Source of the DNA: the human T2T-CHM13v2.0 reference genome, Homo sapiens
DNA length: 64,000 bases
Direction: 5' to 3' (one strand)
NCBI RefSeq assembly: GCF_009914755.1
Contig: NC_060930.1
The notes below the pieces were generated by a model. The model worked only from the letters and a program-made list of their open reading frames with translations. It did no database searches and had not been told where the DNA came from. The translations under genes and the position numbers were made by a program. Below are positions 36,318 through 54,973 of this stretch, piece by piece; position 1 is the first letter of the stretch; each line of letters begins with the position of its first letter.

Positions 36318-36606
36318 GAATGCCAGTTTTTGAAAGGCTTAAACTTGTTTAAAATCTTGTTACCATGGATATCTTTGCCACAATGGAGAAAAATCACAGC
36401 ACAAAAACAGGGATCATTAGAAGAGAAGGACAAACTGCGTCTCTATCAAAGTTACATGCACGACCAAGTGTCCCGCCCCAAGGACAGTACAGCTGTAACC
36501 ATACCCAGTGAGCAAGACAGAGAAGATAAAACAAGAGACATGCTAAGTCACACATGCCACAAGCCCCAGAAGTCAAGCACTCCATACCCGGGCAGGCCAC
36601 ACTCAC

Positions 36607-36756
36607 ATAGAGCTCTAGCACGGCCTTGGGACTCGGCCTGAGGGAGGGCAGGTCACTGAAGGAGCGGCTGCGGTGCAGCTTGGCAAAGAAAGTGTCTTGC
36701 AAGGCACTCAAGACAGACAGCCGCCTGGGCTTGTCTGGGGAAGGATGCAGCCACCT
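36607..36756 (-). CDS. RIPOR2: RIPOR2 150-nt cassette exon [16 protein letters not shown]...KAVLELY
   Basis: AAG acceptor, GTGAGT donor, phase 0/0; ORF 36394..36834; recalled as absent from short isoforms. Confidence 0.9.
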
Positions 36757-37089
36757 CTTCAGAAGTGAAAGCAAGATGGGGGAGTTAGTGGGAAGAATCA
36801 GGTTACTACATTTTGTTAGCTTTTTAGCAAGCATTTTTGATTAAAACAAGGAGGCTATTATTTATATGCACTTCTTTAAAAGGCTGATCTTAGAGAATGT
36901 TCAGAAAAATCTACATGTTACCATCACAGCAATAGGTAAGGTGGGCAAGGAGAGAGGAAAAACAGAGGAGGCTCACCACCTCTGATAGAATTACTAACTC
37001 CCAGCACTGTCTCTTAAGCATTTCAAATGCTGGGTGCAAGCACTGGCTCAGGTGCATTGATTCTACTCGGGAAATTACACTGAACTTAC

Positions 37090-37219
37090 AAAGAAGGAGT
37101 GGTCTTTGAAGGTGGGCGTTTCCGGGGTACCCTGGCTGTACATGGACATTCTCCTCTGAAGGGCTGCTGCCTTGTTCCCAGCGCCTGAGGATGCGGTCAT
37201 GTCCTCCACGTCAAATGGA
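37090..37219 (-). CDS. RIPOR2: RIPOR2 exon (Y)[12 protein letters not shown]...[22 protein letters not shown]
   Basis: CAG/GTAAGT, 130 nt. Confidence 0.95.
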
Positions 37220-37961
37220 CTGCAAAACAACAGGTCCCCAGGTATGCACATTTGGCAAAATCACCTATCATCAACAGACCACAGGCTAAGAGAGTACCTC
37301 ATTATATAAAGGTAAACTCAACCAGAGGTTCAGAACTGGGCTGGTTTTAGCTAAACTGCTTTGCAGAAAATAAACCTGGATAAAAGAAAAGTGGAGCAGA
37401 AAACTGAGTCTAGACTCACCCAAGGGACCCCAGAATATTATCACAGCTCTAAGCACAATTTAGCTATACACTTAGATACACCCGTTCCTCATTAACATTA
37501 GAAACACAAATTTATGAATGCTTGCTTCGACAAAACAAGATGTTGAAAAGTCTATAAAAATTATCTGAACTTTGCGGGGCTAGATACCTTAATGGTATAA
37601 GACATCGACAGACTATTGTTCCATTCTAAAGAAAACACTCAAAAATAGAATCCCATTCATTTCAGTTGACACAGAGCCTCTTGTGTGGGAAGAGAATAAC
37701 AGTCTGTTCACAATGATGCCACTTAACATCATGGCACCCGATTCATCCAGCAAGAAGAATGATCTTGCATGTGAGACATCAATGACTGCAGATTGTGGGG
37801 AGGGAAGGGCTGAGCAAAGCATGCTGATGATGACAAAGCAAGAGTGTCTTTGCTGCTTCTACACCTGGCTTTCCATATTGTAAATGAGACCCTGAGCATG
37901 AATACTCAACATGTCATATTTACTTGGCAATATACCGGGGGCATTACATTAAATGTTGTGA

Positions 37962-38273
<312 letters not shown>

Positions 38274-38654
38274 TAGTGTTAATAACTTATCATGACCTTT
38301 CTCACCGGGTGAATTTGGAAAACGATTTCTAAGTTCATTGCTTTGAAAAAAGATATCTCTTGCCCTTTGGGGATATTCTATTTCAGTAAATACAGTGCAG
38401 AGGAACTAAGGATACTCATAATTTTCCAGAGCAGTGTGAAGTTATGCGATAAAGAGGAATAAGCATCCGTGAGAATCAGGATTTTTCTGAGGTCAAAGTA
38501 CCGCCTATTGGACAGATATTTTCTTTCAAATTAGTTTACTTGAGAGGACATATGCCCTTATATATTTAAAGGTAGAGAGGGAAGGAAGGTGACAGAAAAA
38601 ATATTTTAAAATAGGAAGTAGAAGAGGAGATTGGTGACATGACCCAGGCTTCTC

Positions 38655-38815
38655 CAACTTTAACACGCGTGCACCTTACCCGGGGAGTTTGTTAAACAGA
38701 TTCTGGGGCCTGAGCAATTCTGACACAGTAGTCCTGGGGTGGGGCCCGAGATTCTGCTTTTCATAACAAGCTCCCTGGTGATGTGGATGGTCCATGCACC
38801 AGCTTTGAGTAGCAC
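38655..38815. mobile_element. MER5A-like DNA transposon
   Basis: gtttgttaaacagattctgggg...ggggtggggcccgagattctgc...taacaagctccc. Confidence 0.65.
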
Positions 38816-38866
38816 TAGCCGGTATCAGATATTTCTATATGATGAAATAAAGGAAGAGGCACTTAC

Positions 38867-39015
38867 TACCAGGTGATTTCCAGGTTCAGTTTGATGGTAC
38901 CAAGGTCATTGATGTCGACAGCCACTACCTGAGGTCGGGCTGCAAACAGCTCTTTGGTCTCACAGGTCACGCTACCTACCAGGATGTGAGTTGCTAGCCC
39001 TTTGAGCTCCGTGAC
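38867..39015 (-). CDS. RIPOR2: RIPOR2 exon [14 protein letters not shown]...LNLEITW
   Basis: TAG/GTAAGT, 149 nt. Confidence 0.95.
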
Positions 39016-39150
39016 CTAGCAGAGAGAGTGGGAGAGAATAGGCCTTACATCACAGCAGAGGAGAAAGGTAGAATAATGTGTCATTTTTTTTACTGAGCTA
39101 GGTTGGTCATTTCTTTCAGAATCATATCTGAAATCAGAAGCGGATTTTCA

Positions 39151-39496
<346 letters not shown>

Positions 39497-39661
39497 TGAC
39501 TTTACTTACTCTGATGAGAGGGCAGCTGTCTTTGTAATAGACTTGTGCAGAAAAGTCTGTGGGATGGAGGGGCAACAGGCAGGGGTCACGGGTAAGGGCC
39601 CCACCAATGGATCATCCAGCCGTGGCACCAGGAAAGACAACAGGCAATGACAATACTGTAC

Positions 39662-39787
39662 CTTGATGGAGATGAACCCAACTATCAGGGGCAGAAAAAC
39701 TGTTTCTTCTCCATCCCAGCTCTGCTTGCCATTTACTTCTATTTTGCCTTTCAGTTTCCACCGCTGCCGGCCATACTTCATGAAAAT
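39662..39787 (-). CDS. RIPOR2: RIPOR2 exon [16 protein letters not shown]...GFISIK
   Basis: CAG/GTACAG, 126 nt; KYGRQRWKL motif typical of the FAM65/RIPOR family. Confidence 0.96.
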
Positions 39788-39873
39788 CTGGAGAGGAGAC
39801 ATCCAAGGGCCTTCATGTCTTGCCACCCCCTCTTCTCCACCAGAACACCAAGATCAAAAGGAGAAAGACCTAA

Positions 39874-40258
<385 letters not shown>

Positions 40259-41034
40259 CCGAGACTTTTAAAGCACAGTAAGTTCTGCCTGCCTGAGACA
40301 GGGAGGGTACAGGTTTTCTGTAGTAAAAGGTCATTGCACTGTGCCCTTCTGCTCACTCATGCCAAGCAGTTCTCTCTCTTGTTAGTTCTACTTCAATAGA
40401 GCAGCCACACAACCCAGCTCCTTTAGTGAGATGAGGAAGTATCAGCTAAAACCCCCTTAGCAGTCAGAAGCAAGAAATAAAGACATCCTTACTCTGGATA
40501 GAGAGATGGAGCTGGCAAGGACTTTGAAATCCAACATACTCTTGGGGGAAGGTGTGCAATATCTCCTTGGTCAGACTGCTTTAATGTTTAAGGGAAGATA
40601 CACCCTCACCCCCTGCTAAGAGGCATGAGTATAGAGGGTTTTGGAGGAGATGTTAGATGAAATGGTTATATAAGTTTCCTTTTGAAGAGGGAAAATAACA
40701 AAGGCTATTTTTACTTTTTGGAGCACATTTTTACAAAGAAAGATCTGGATGTTATTTTTCTTCAGTCATGGTACTTATGATCAGCCATGATCCTGGATTG
40801 GCCCTTGGATCAGGAAAAAAAAAAAAAAACCTGCTTACCTAGTACAATATTGGGACACCTGGCAAAATATGAACATAGACTAATTCCAGGTGACGTTAGC
40901 TGAAGAGCCAGTGTTATAAACTCACTGGTGTTGAGGGCTTAGTAATGCCTATGTGACAGAATGTCTTTCCATTCTTAGAAGAATTTAGGGATGAAGAGTC
41001 CTGGTGTTTGCATCTTGCTCTAAAATGGTTCAGG

Positions 41035-41469
<435 letters not shown>

Positions 41470-41639
41470 TTATGGGAAGTCCTGTACCAGTTTCCAGACT
41501 TTCTCATTGGCTTAAAATGTTTTTCAAAATTAAAAATTAAAAAAAAAAAAGACAACTTGAAAAGCAAAATAATGACATGACAACTGGCCCCTACCCTTCA
41601 GGTCCATAATTCCAGCACCTAGACCAAGACAATACTTAC

Positions 41640-41683
41640 TTCATATTGATCTCCAGGACAGAGGCGTGCAAAGCCAGCCAGAC
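41640..41683 (-). CDS. RIPOR2: RIPOR2 exon (G)LAGFARLCPGDQYE
   Basis: CAG/GTAAGT, 44 nt. Confidence 0.95.
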
Positions 41684-42867
41684 CTGTAACCAAGAAATTG
41701 GAAGGTGAGGTGTAGAACATATTTCCCCTCTCTATAGACACATACTGGCACGTTAAAAAGAATTCAAGTGAAGTGTCAGAACTTTGTGCAAACTCACATA
41801 ACACTTTTTGGGGCCATTCCTGGGGAACAGCTGTTTTTGGGGGAGTTCCTTCTATCACAGGTAAAGAAGACATTCCTGGATGAAGTGATGGAAGAGGTGG
41901 TCTCCAAGGCAGGGGAGGCTGGGCAAGGAGGGGAGCTAGAGCTCAGAATATCTTGGGCTGATTTAAGATCCAAGTGGATTCTAGGGTTAGGGTATTAGGG
42001 CCAGAAAGATAGATTTATTTATTTATCCAACATATTCCCATGAAGATAATCTGGTCTCCTATTTTTCTTTCTGTCCTAAAATGTGTGATTTTTAAGTGCC
42101 TCCCATTTGAGTTAAGATTCCATGCAGTTATTTCCCTTGCTGCCCCCCAATTTACTCATTCTGATGTTTTCTTTATCCTTTTTATCTGGTGTAATGATAC
42201 AATTTGCTGTTATAAAATCCCTGAAAATGGATTATTACTTACATAAAGCTAGTGATTAAGAAAACAAAATCAATCCAACCAACCAAATGATACACCCCCA
42301 AAAGAAAGACGGGACTTTTCTTCTACTGTGCCATCCAGCAAGTCATGTCTAACTGGATCTGCTCGATTCGAGATCTCTCTCTGGTGCAGCAGCAAAAACA
42401 AATCTTATCAGACTAGATGGCCACCATCCGAGGCCATCTCAGGAACTCTGGGTTTGTCCAGTCTTTTTCTTTCTTTTTGTAGATATTTACTGAGAGCCAG
42501 CTATATGTAAGGGTCTATGCTAGGCATCGGGGTAATAATTTGGAAATTAAAGATTTTATGGATACCCATGATATAGAACAAAATACAGTTAAAGCCCACA
42601 GAAATGAAACAGACAAGGACTTGAAGGCAGTAAGATGGAGTTACACCTGAGGTTAATTTGTTTGTCTACTGGCTATCCTACTCTAGAAAATTTACTTAAC
42701 CCAAGTTTCTTCACCTTTAAAATAGGGTAACAGTGTCCACTTCATAGAATTGTTTGTAAGGACAATGGACGGCATCTAACACATAGTAGGTCGTTAATAC
42801 ATGGTAATGACAATATATCCAAGAGTGGGATAATACTATTTATTGAGTACATGCCATCCACTATTTA

Positions 42868-45862
<2,995 letters not shown>

Positions 45863-47904
45863 CTATTGCCTGTTTATGTAATTACAATGGAAGACTGGTT
45901 GAAAAGAAACTGATCTGACATTGTTACTAGATAAAGGTGAATAAAGGGGAAATCCTTTGAAGGTGTTTTTCCCCCCCCTTTAAAATTACCAGAAATTTTA
46001 TATCTGAAGAAAACTGAATGTGAGAAAGGTACTTGGTAGTGATGTTTTTTTCACTTCTCAGCCCATGTTACTAAGCAAAATTTCTTGGAACTGCTGTAGT
46101 GGCATCACTGATCCTCTGATTGTAGCAATAATGTAGCACAATGGCACTATCCAGGCACAAACAGCTTTTGTGCCGTGCTTCTTAAAGTTCTATCTGCTGT
46201 GTAAGCCACTGGTGGTACTGGCCACGGAATTAGCACTAACAGTGGGGCAATGACAGTTACAGTCTGTCTTTGAGGCCTGGCCAGGTTTCTTACAGGCTCT
46301 TGTCTGGGGGCCTGCTGGCATTTTCACAGTTGGAGAAAGCTGCAAGTGTTCTTGACAGTTTGTGATTACCAGTGCATGATCTAGAAAGCTTAATGAAAGC
46401 TTTCTAGCTTTCACTCAAAAAACCATCATGGGGGTTACCTCTGAGGATGCGCACTGGGGGCTTGCAGGGGTCATACCTTTGGATGTTTCACGGCGCTCAC
46501 ATATTACTGATCTAACACCTCCTCCACAGCCTCGTTTGGAGGGTGTTACAGCAGCTGCCTACTCTTGCCTGCCTTCCTTTGCTCAGACACCATTCTGCCA
46601 GAAGAACGCTCTACATCATTTTTCCCAGTTCTATGATGATCTTTCCTTCCAAGAGTCACACTTCCTACTTTAAGACAACCAAGTAGCTATACAGTCAGGA
46701 GCTCCTATTACAGGTGTTACTGATCTATTGACCAGGCATAAATAATGCAAGTTTACTAGCTCAATGGTGGTTCTTCCTTCTGAGGAAGGTTGACCTGCCC
46801 TGGAAACTGTAAGGACCAGGATATATGCACTGCCTGGAACTTAATTTGAACAAAGTAATAATTTGGAGAACTAGTTTGCTCTAAGGAACTACATCCCTTT
46901 ACCTCCATCCTGTTTGATAGTTTGCAGATTAAGTGCTCTCCGTTTAGCCTGGCATTCATGGATTTTTATAGTCAGGACCCAATTAATTCTCCATAGCTCT
47001 TCTCCGAACAATCACGTCAGCCACACCGGTCTACTTGTCACCTCTGAACAGGCTTTCCTCTGTTTGGTGAATGCTATTCTGGTGCTGTTCACCATACATT
47101 ACACTGGGATGCCTTCCTCTTTCCTGCTCCTCTCCCCAACTAGAGAGGTGAGTGGCAACCTTTTCCTCCTCTCCCCTCCTGCTTTTGCAGCAAACTGGGT
47201 CACACTGTTGTTCAGGTGGTCATTTGTTCCATTGAATGAGAATGCACAGCCTCATATGTCTGTTTTCTCTGGTAGACCATGTGGAACTCAAGGCCAGGGA
47301 GCAGTCATCAGAATGCAGTCAAGTGCCTGGCCAATAGCAGGCACTCAGTAAGTACTTGCTCTATTATCTTTAATGTCACTACCCCAAAAGGTTGTTTTCT
47401 AGTGTTGGGGTTGGGGCAAAAAGGGAAGTGAGGAAGGGTGTGGCACGAGGAAGTTAGTGGTTGCCAGGTCTGAGAGTATTGTGAAATAGTCTGTTTGTCA
47501 ATATGTATGTTGGAAGTAGTTTTTACCAGAATGAGTAACAGATGAGAAAGCAGCTAATTGCAAAGACAATAGGATTTCTTGGCAGCATGAGGTTTCCCTT
47601 TCTCTTTATGGAGGAAGAGAAAGATTTCCATGGGGGTGTTTACCATTGAAAGCCTTCACAGATGTAGTTTCTGAGTTTGCCTGTTAGATGAGGAAAGTGG
47701 AGGAGACAGGAGTCTATCAATGAGGAAGGAGATTTAGTCTCAGGCCTGAGAAACCCCATGGAAGAAACCAAGCGTTCAGGTGGACTCTCAGGAACATCAG
47801 GCAGGAGAGCAAGAACAACAGAGAGAGGAGGAGATGGAGGAGCAGGAGCAACAGCAAGTTCATCAGTCCATCAGGGCTGCGATGTAGCGGGGTGGCCAGG
47901 TCCC

Positions 47905-47918
47905 CCAGTAGGTGGCAG
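47905..47918 (+). promoter_or_regulatory. Candidate CTCF motif
   Basis: CCAGTAGGTGGCAG matches CCASYAGRKGGCRS. Confidence 0.5.
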
Positions 47919-49329
47919 GGACTCCAGCATCATCTCCTCCCTGAACACCAAGCCTGAAGCTCCAGATCTGGTCCGAGGGTGGTCCCTTTCCTCCCCATCC
48001 CACTCCTAGGGTGTCTCTGTGCTAGGTTGGAGAGGATCTGCCCGTGAGGGAGACCATTCTTTGAGCAATGGTTTATATTGTCTGCTCAGCTCTGAACTTC
48101 CCTCATAACATGGAGTTAGAGGTGGGAATGCATTAGGAACAAAGAACCCTGGAATTCAGTTTCTTGTCTGACTCCAATTTAAGTGTGACTCCTGGGACAA
48201 GTCATTTAGCCTCTCTAGGCCCCTATTTCCCATCTGTAAAATCAGGAAATTACCATCCCACCAAAAATAGATGCACTTGATAATACTGAGCATCAGAAAT
48301 AGGAGAAATATAGTACTTTTTTATATTAGCAGTGATAGGTGATGTGCATGATTTGAATTACCGTTAGGCTGCGAGACTCTGCGACTGTGCTAGTCTGTGT
48401 GGGTGGCGTCTGAGAGTTGGGGGAAGTAGAGGGAAGGTTTTCTGCTAAACACTGATTCAGGGCAGTTATTTTCCAGAATTGATCAGGCTGCTGATAGAAT
48501 CATTCTCAAAGTTAAAATAAAAATTCCAGGGCCCACGTGGGACTATGGACCTGCGTGATTTTGGAACCACTGACTCAAGTGAGGACCCAAAAATGTAGAG
48601 AATGGACCTAAAAAATGGAAAAAAGCACAGATGCCAGACTCAGTAGCAAAGCAAGTGTTGAAACTTAACACTGAATACTAAACTGATTCCCTACCGGATC
48701 TGCCGGAAGAGAAGCATGCAGCCATTTGGGAAGCTGAGGGTCAAGGTCATTTATATTCCAGGTATTCTCAGACAGGCTCTTACATGTCAGTGCCTAGTGC
48801 TTGACAGAATAATTTCCCTCCTGAGTTAGATGATTCATTGGAAAATGAAGCCCTCCTGTCGAGCCCTTTCAAAAAAAAGTCTCCTTTCTTTACTCCCTTA
48901 ATTGCAGAAAGTAGAAAGAAGGTGATTAAATCCCCATTAGCAACCCAGGGATCAAGCTGCTAAGAAACCTCAGAATTGCATAAGCACCAGCCCTCTTCAC
49001 TGCAGTCAGATGGGCCAAAACTTGGAAGAGAAATTGACTTGCTGTGATGGCCGCTCATTTGACAGCCATGCCTGGCCACTGAGCCGTAAATCTGACAACA
49101 CCTGAGCAATGCTCTATTTTCTAAAACCAGACTTCGTTTTTGTTCTGAAGATGCTGTGGTTTAACTCAATAATGTGTCTAGTTTGGAACTTTCTGGAATA
49201 AATACCAGAAAGGCACTGGGAGGGGAAAAATTCTCTGTGGGTTTAACACCAAGATTTACAAAATTTCATAGTTAGTTTGCTAGAAACATGAGGAGCTAAA
49301 GGAAGAATTTAAAGATCACCCCAAAGAAG

Positions 49330-49860
49330 CCAACAGACAAGCTAGAATGTGGGACATTCTGTACAACAATGGTTTCTACAGCAAGTCAAGGGTAGAAAAA
49401 AAGGGAGGGAGAGGTTTGTTTTAGATTAAAGGAAATCTAAAAGATATACCTAACAACCAATTGTAATGCATGGACCTTGTTGGGATCCTAATTTGAACTA
49501 ATCAAATGTACAAGGCATTTTTGAGACAACGGGGGAAATCTGATAATGGAATGGGTTAATAACCAGGGTTTATTATTTTTGTTAGCTGTGAAAACGTGAC
49601 AGTACTTGGCATCGTGGTTATGTAAGATGACAGCCCCATGCTTTAAGAGATGCATACTGAAGTGTATAGCAGCAGACTGACATATCTGGGTTTTATTTCA
49701 TCAAAGGACTTCTCTTTTATCAAAGGAAAAACAAAAGCAAAGAGATGGAGCAAATGTGGCAAAATCTTGCTAATTATTACATCTAGGTGATGGGTTTATG
49801 GGGGCTCATTATAATGTTCTCTCCACTTCTGTGTATGTTTGAGATTCTGTCATAATATTT
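49330..49860 (+). mobile_element. Old L1 3' fragment (L1MC/ME-like)
   Basis: agaatgtgggacattct...ctaggtgatgggtttatgggggctcattata. Confidence 0.65.
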
Positions 49861-50044
49861 TTGTGTGTGTAGGTAAGCCTCAGGATGAGAAGCATCAGTA
49901 AACTATCAAAAGTGGGGTGGGTTGAGAGTGGGTGGCGCTGCGTCTTTGCAAGGAAAATAAAAATAGCATGGGCTCTCAAACTTCAAGGAGCTCTGCACTC
50001 TGCAGAGATGGCTCCTTATTCTCTCTAAACAAGGAAAATAATAC

Positions 50045-50108
50045 CTTTCATCTTGATGGAGAATTCTCCCAGCAGATTCTCTAGCTCCACTTCAATGGTG
50101 CACATATT
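50045..50108 (-). CDS. RIPOR2: RIPOR2 exon NMCTIEVELENLLGEFSIKMK
   Basis: CAG/GTATTA, 64 nt. Confidence 0.93.
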
Positions 50109-50349
50109 CTGCAAAGAGGACAGGAGACGATCATGAGAGCTAGCCTTTCACCCAACAGCTCAAAGCACACGACGTTCGAACAGCAGCACAACCACTGCGT
50201 GAACAACGAGAAGCATTTACCTGTTTGCTCCACACAGCACAGCCTAAGAAACATTCTTGACAAAATGTTTGATCTGAGTCTAAGCCCACCTTTTAGTGTA
50301 CAGGAAATTTAGGGCATAGATGAGCAAATCAGATTATATCAAAAATAGA

Positions 50350-50995
50350 CACATTCAGAATGTGGGGTAGTCTATAGGAATTAGCATGAATTCTACAAAA
50401 AGGCAGTATCATAGGGGAAAAAATTTCTACATAAAGAGACTAGACAAACATAATCACCAAATGTAACAACTTAACCTTGATAATATCCTGATTTGAAAGT
50501 AAATAAATCAAAACATTTATAAAAGACATTATTGATCCAAATAGGGAAAACTTGAAAATGGACAATATGTTATATAATTCTATGGGATGATTGTCAATTT
50601 TCTTGGTTGTAGTAATGGTATGTGGTTATGTAGGAAATGTAGATATTCCATAGGTTACTATTAAGAGATCCCTGGCTTGATTTAGCCATTGTATTACATA
50701 TTTCTGTGCATACACACTTCAAAACATCATGTTGTATACCATAAATATGTAGTTTTTATTTGCCAATTACAAATAAATTTTAAAAAGAGATCCAGGTTAA
50801 AATACATATAGGGTGAAATGTCATGATGTCTATCACTTACTGTCAAATGACTTGAGGGGGATTTGATCATATGAGAGAGAGGGAAAGCAAATATGGCCAA
50901 ATATTACCAATTGGTAAATCTAGATAAAGGCATATGGTGTTCAATGTACAAGTCTTTCAATTTTTCTATAGGTTTGAAATTTTTCTTAAAAATTT
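50350..50995 (+). mobile_element. Old L1 3' fragment with a nested short L1MA-like 3' end (50672-50784)
   Basis: L1 3' UTR motifs; direct repeat aagagatcc at 50663 and 50785. Confidence 0.6.
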
Positions 50996-52019
50996 GGGGC
51001 CAAAAGAGCACAAGGGCTGAATTCTGCTCAAGTGAGTAAGGCAGACTTCCTACTGCAAACCTACAGCGCCCCAAAAATTATTTTTGGGTCTGACAAGGGT
51101 CTTCTCTTTGATGTTGAAGGAAAAGGATAGAGAGAAGGAGTAACACCATCTGTGCATGTGGTTAGATACATAACTAGCCTCACCCTACTTCCTCAATACC
51201 TGAGGACCTAAATAGAACAATTGCAGTTAGAAATGAAAAGGGAAAGTGCTGCGGCCATGGGCCATCCCCAGGGAGGCCCTTCTGCTGCTTGACCAGCTTA
51301 CAATCTGGATGCTGCCTCTGCTATGCTAAGCAGCAGTCTCCATTGAAGCTTGATGCAGGGTGATGTCTGCAGGCTTCTCCCTCAGTTGCCAGCCTCCCAC
51401 AAGGCTAGGGGTTCGAGGGTGGCCTCACTGACAAAAGCATGGCCAGCTTGATTAGTGCAGGCTGGTATTGCTTCCATTTGAATTCTGTATGCTGAGGACC
51501 TCAGCCTAGAGGTTCTGATTCTTCTATGTTTCGTTGTTCTGCTCCAAATGATCACTCTCATGGGATGCAAAGAGAATGGCATTGCTTTTTCCCTTGTAAA
51601 TTCTCACTACCTGAACTAGCTAGCAAGGCTGGGGAAAACTTCCTGAAGTCTGAGCTCTGCGTAGCTTGAAAGCCTTGAAAACAAAGCCTCAGTATTATAA
51701 ACCAATTTATTTCCTCAGAGTATTGGGCACTTCTGTGAAGAAACAGTTTCCAGACATATCAACTATGCTATCATGCATGTCAGGATTGCTACCAGTATCT
51801 CTGAAAAACGTGAGAGCAGCTAGGTTAAGACTTGAGGACATCCATGGTCAAAATTTTCCTCCCCCGACCACTGGCACCCCCCCACCACCCACAGCCACTG
51901 ATGAACATTGCTGCACACGAAAAAGCACCTGAGCCTACCTTGACCTCATTGTTAAATCCTCATTTTAAACCATCATCATAATAACATGCTGGCTTTTGTG
52001 GTTATGTGAGGATGTATTT

Positions 52020-52325
<306 letters not shown>

Positions 52326-53091
52326 TGAGGATATAAAACCACCTGATACCAAATGAGGTATGAGGCTACAGAAGTCCTGGACTTCTTTCTTCTCTAAGGC
52401 AGTTTAAATTGCACTCTATGTCTTTGAATTTGTGAGCAAGGTCATGATGCCATGCCCTGGCACTTGATCAAGGGTGGCTGTGTCTGAAATGACCTGCAAA
52501 TATGCCAACAAAGGCAGCCCCTGCATTCTGCTGGTCAGTTATCTGCATTTGTCCTATAAACATCCTTTATAATTGGAAACGGCTCTCCTCATTTCAGAGA
52601 TCTGTAGAAATGGGGTCTCGTGAACTAGGACTGCTTCTAGGCCAGGAATTTTCAATCTGCAGCTCTACAAAGTAGGATGGGGGAGGGTGGGAAGAGTCAG
52701 ATCTTTATTTTCCCTATCATTTAACTGAAATTAAACATGTTTAGGTATGATGAAGGTAGAAAACAAGCCACAGCAGTATTAGCCATACCTGTGACTTTGA
52801 CACTGATAGAAATCACATATATGTTCATGTCACATTATTTATTGCAGATAACTTTTTAAAAAATCATTTATACTTTTCATTACTTTGATGTTTCAGTAGT
52901 TATTAGAGCCACTACTAGATCTTATAATTTGATGTGTTAATAAAGCAGCAGCATAGAACTATGTCACATATTTGACTTTTGAAATATTTTGAAAACTATA
53001 CTGATGATTTTGAAATAACTGTATTTCAATATATTTTCTTCTTTTCAATTCCTATGTATTTTATTTTATGCATTTAAAAAACATTATTCTA

Positions 53092-53420
<329 letters not shown>

Positions 53421-54022
53421 TTATTCTAAAGGAGGAACTTAGGTAAAGAAGCCCTGCTTTAAGTCAAATAAAGAGAGAAACTTGGTTTAGACAAGAGGCA
53501 ACACGGGAGTGTACACACAAAGGGATCCTACTGACAGTCATCCAAGCTGTCCTTCTGATCCCAGGGCTGAACCAGATGCTCAGCTCTGGGAATTGTCCAA
53601 CAGACCCTCTACAGGCTGATGACTTCATTCATGAAATCTGATCTCTGAACAAAGACTCATGGGATAGTGAGGAGTGCTGCTTTAATAATTTAGTCATTTC
53701 ATCAAAGACATTGGTATTAGGTGACCCCAGGAGGAGTGAAGACCTCTCTATGTCAGATGCTTGGGCCCCAGAGAGTTGGAAACCAGGAAAGCACACTTCT
53801 GTTCATGGTTCTTAATCTTGGCTCCTTTATGATAAAAATTTCTCACAATTAAAAAAAACATTGTAGGCAGAGGGTTACTGATCCAACACTGACATCCAGT
53901 GTAGCTATCTGAACCATAGGGTCTGCTCCACTTCCAGGGATAAAACTAGGCTCGATTTACACTAGAATATTTAGAAGTGTGTTTAAATGACACAAATCAG
54001 GGCAATGTGGTTTACGCATTCA

Positions 54023-54185
54023 TTTTATTTTATTTTAGAGATGTGGCCTCGCTCTGTCACCCAGGCTGGAGTGCAGTGGCGCGATCGTAGCTCACCGCAG
54101 CCTTGAACTCCTGGGCTCAAGCAATGCTCTTGCCTCAGCCTCTTGAATAACTAGGACTACAGGCACGTGCCACCACTCCCAGCTT
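54023..54185 (-). mobile_element. Alu monomer
   Basis: Single arm. Confidence 0.8.
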
Positions 54186-54372
54186 ATTCATTCATTTTAA
54201 GCAATTCTACCGATTGCCTTTCTTGCATACTTTTTAGGCTAACAGTAAAACCTATCTTTCTAGAGGGTGGAATGAGGTTGTGGGTTGCTGTTTGCCTTGT
54301 TCTTGGCAATTACCAACAATTCACACCAGGCCAGATGGGATTCGGCAACTTAAGCAGGTTAGGGAGTTATAC

Positions 54373-54522
54373 CTCTGTGTACTCCTTGAAGCTCCGATTG
54401 ATCTCTGTCAGACTCTCCCGGGCAGCTTTGCTGGCAGGGGATGTTGCGAAGGCTTGCTTCATTTTGCTGGCACCATCCTGGAGGCGTCGCTGGATACAAT
54501 AAGCTTCATAGAGTTCATCTAC
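54373..54522 (-). CDS. RIPOR2: RIPOR2 exon [22 protein letters not shown]...FKEYTE
   Basis: CAG/GTATAA, 150 nt. Confidence 0.95.
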
Positions 54523-54831
54523 CTGCCAGAATCAAAACAGGAAACAGAAATAAATGTCAGGCTTGAAAGAAAATACATAGATCATTGTTACATGCTTAAT
54601 TTACTTTATATTTCTGACCTCTACAAAGAGAATCCTGTAGAAGTATTATCCTTTTAGATAGGGACCAATCGTTTTTATTGTAGCCACTGTGATACATTTT
54701 GTCTCAAAACAGATTTTGCTCTAATCCTGTTTTCAAATTATGCAAAAGGGAAGTGCCTCTCTTGCATTGTTTGAGGCTATCATTGGAATTGTTTAAAATG
54801 ACTCCCAGGTGACTTTGTGGGTTCATGGGTG

Positions 54832-54973
54832 GACTGTAAGTATTAAATAAGAAAGATGAGAGCTTTCTGTAAGTATTAAATAAGTATTAAACAAATAAGT
54901 ATTAAATAATAAAAATAATTAAGTATTAAATAAGACTGTAACTATTAAATAAGGAAGATGAGAGCCTTCTGTA
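54832..54973. repeat. 40-bp direct repeats enclosing (AAGTATTAAAT)-like iterations
   Basis: Read directly. Confidence 0.9.

Noticed and set aside
46914-47351. 145-aa plus-strand ORF
   Set aside because: Non-ATG start, overlaps degraded L2-like sequence, no recognisable domain.
54167-54657. Plus-strand ORFs of 111 and 125 aa
   Set aside because: Antisense to a RIPOR2 exon plus Alu/intron sequence; no recognisable protein.
54832-54973. Repeat-spacer-repeat pattern resembling CRISPR
   Set aside because: Only two repeats, spacer derived from the repeat itself, no cas genes, human intron.
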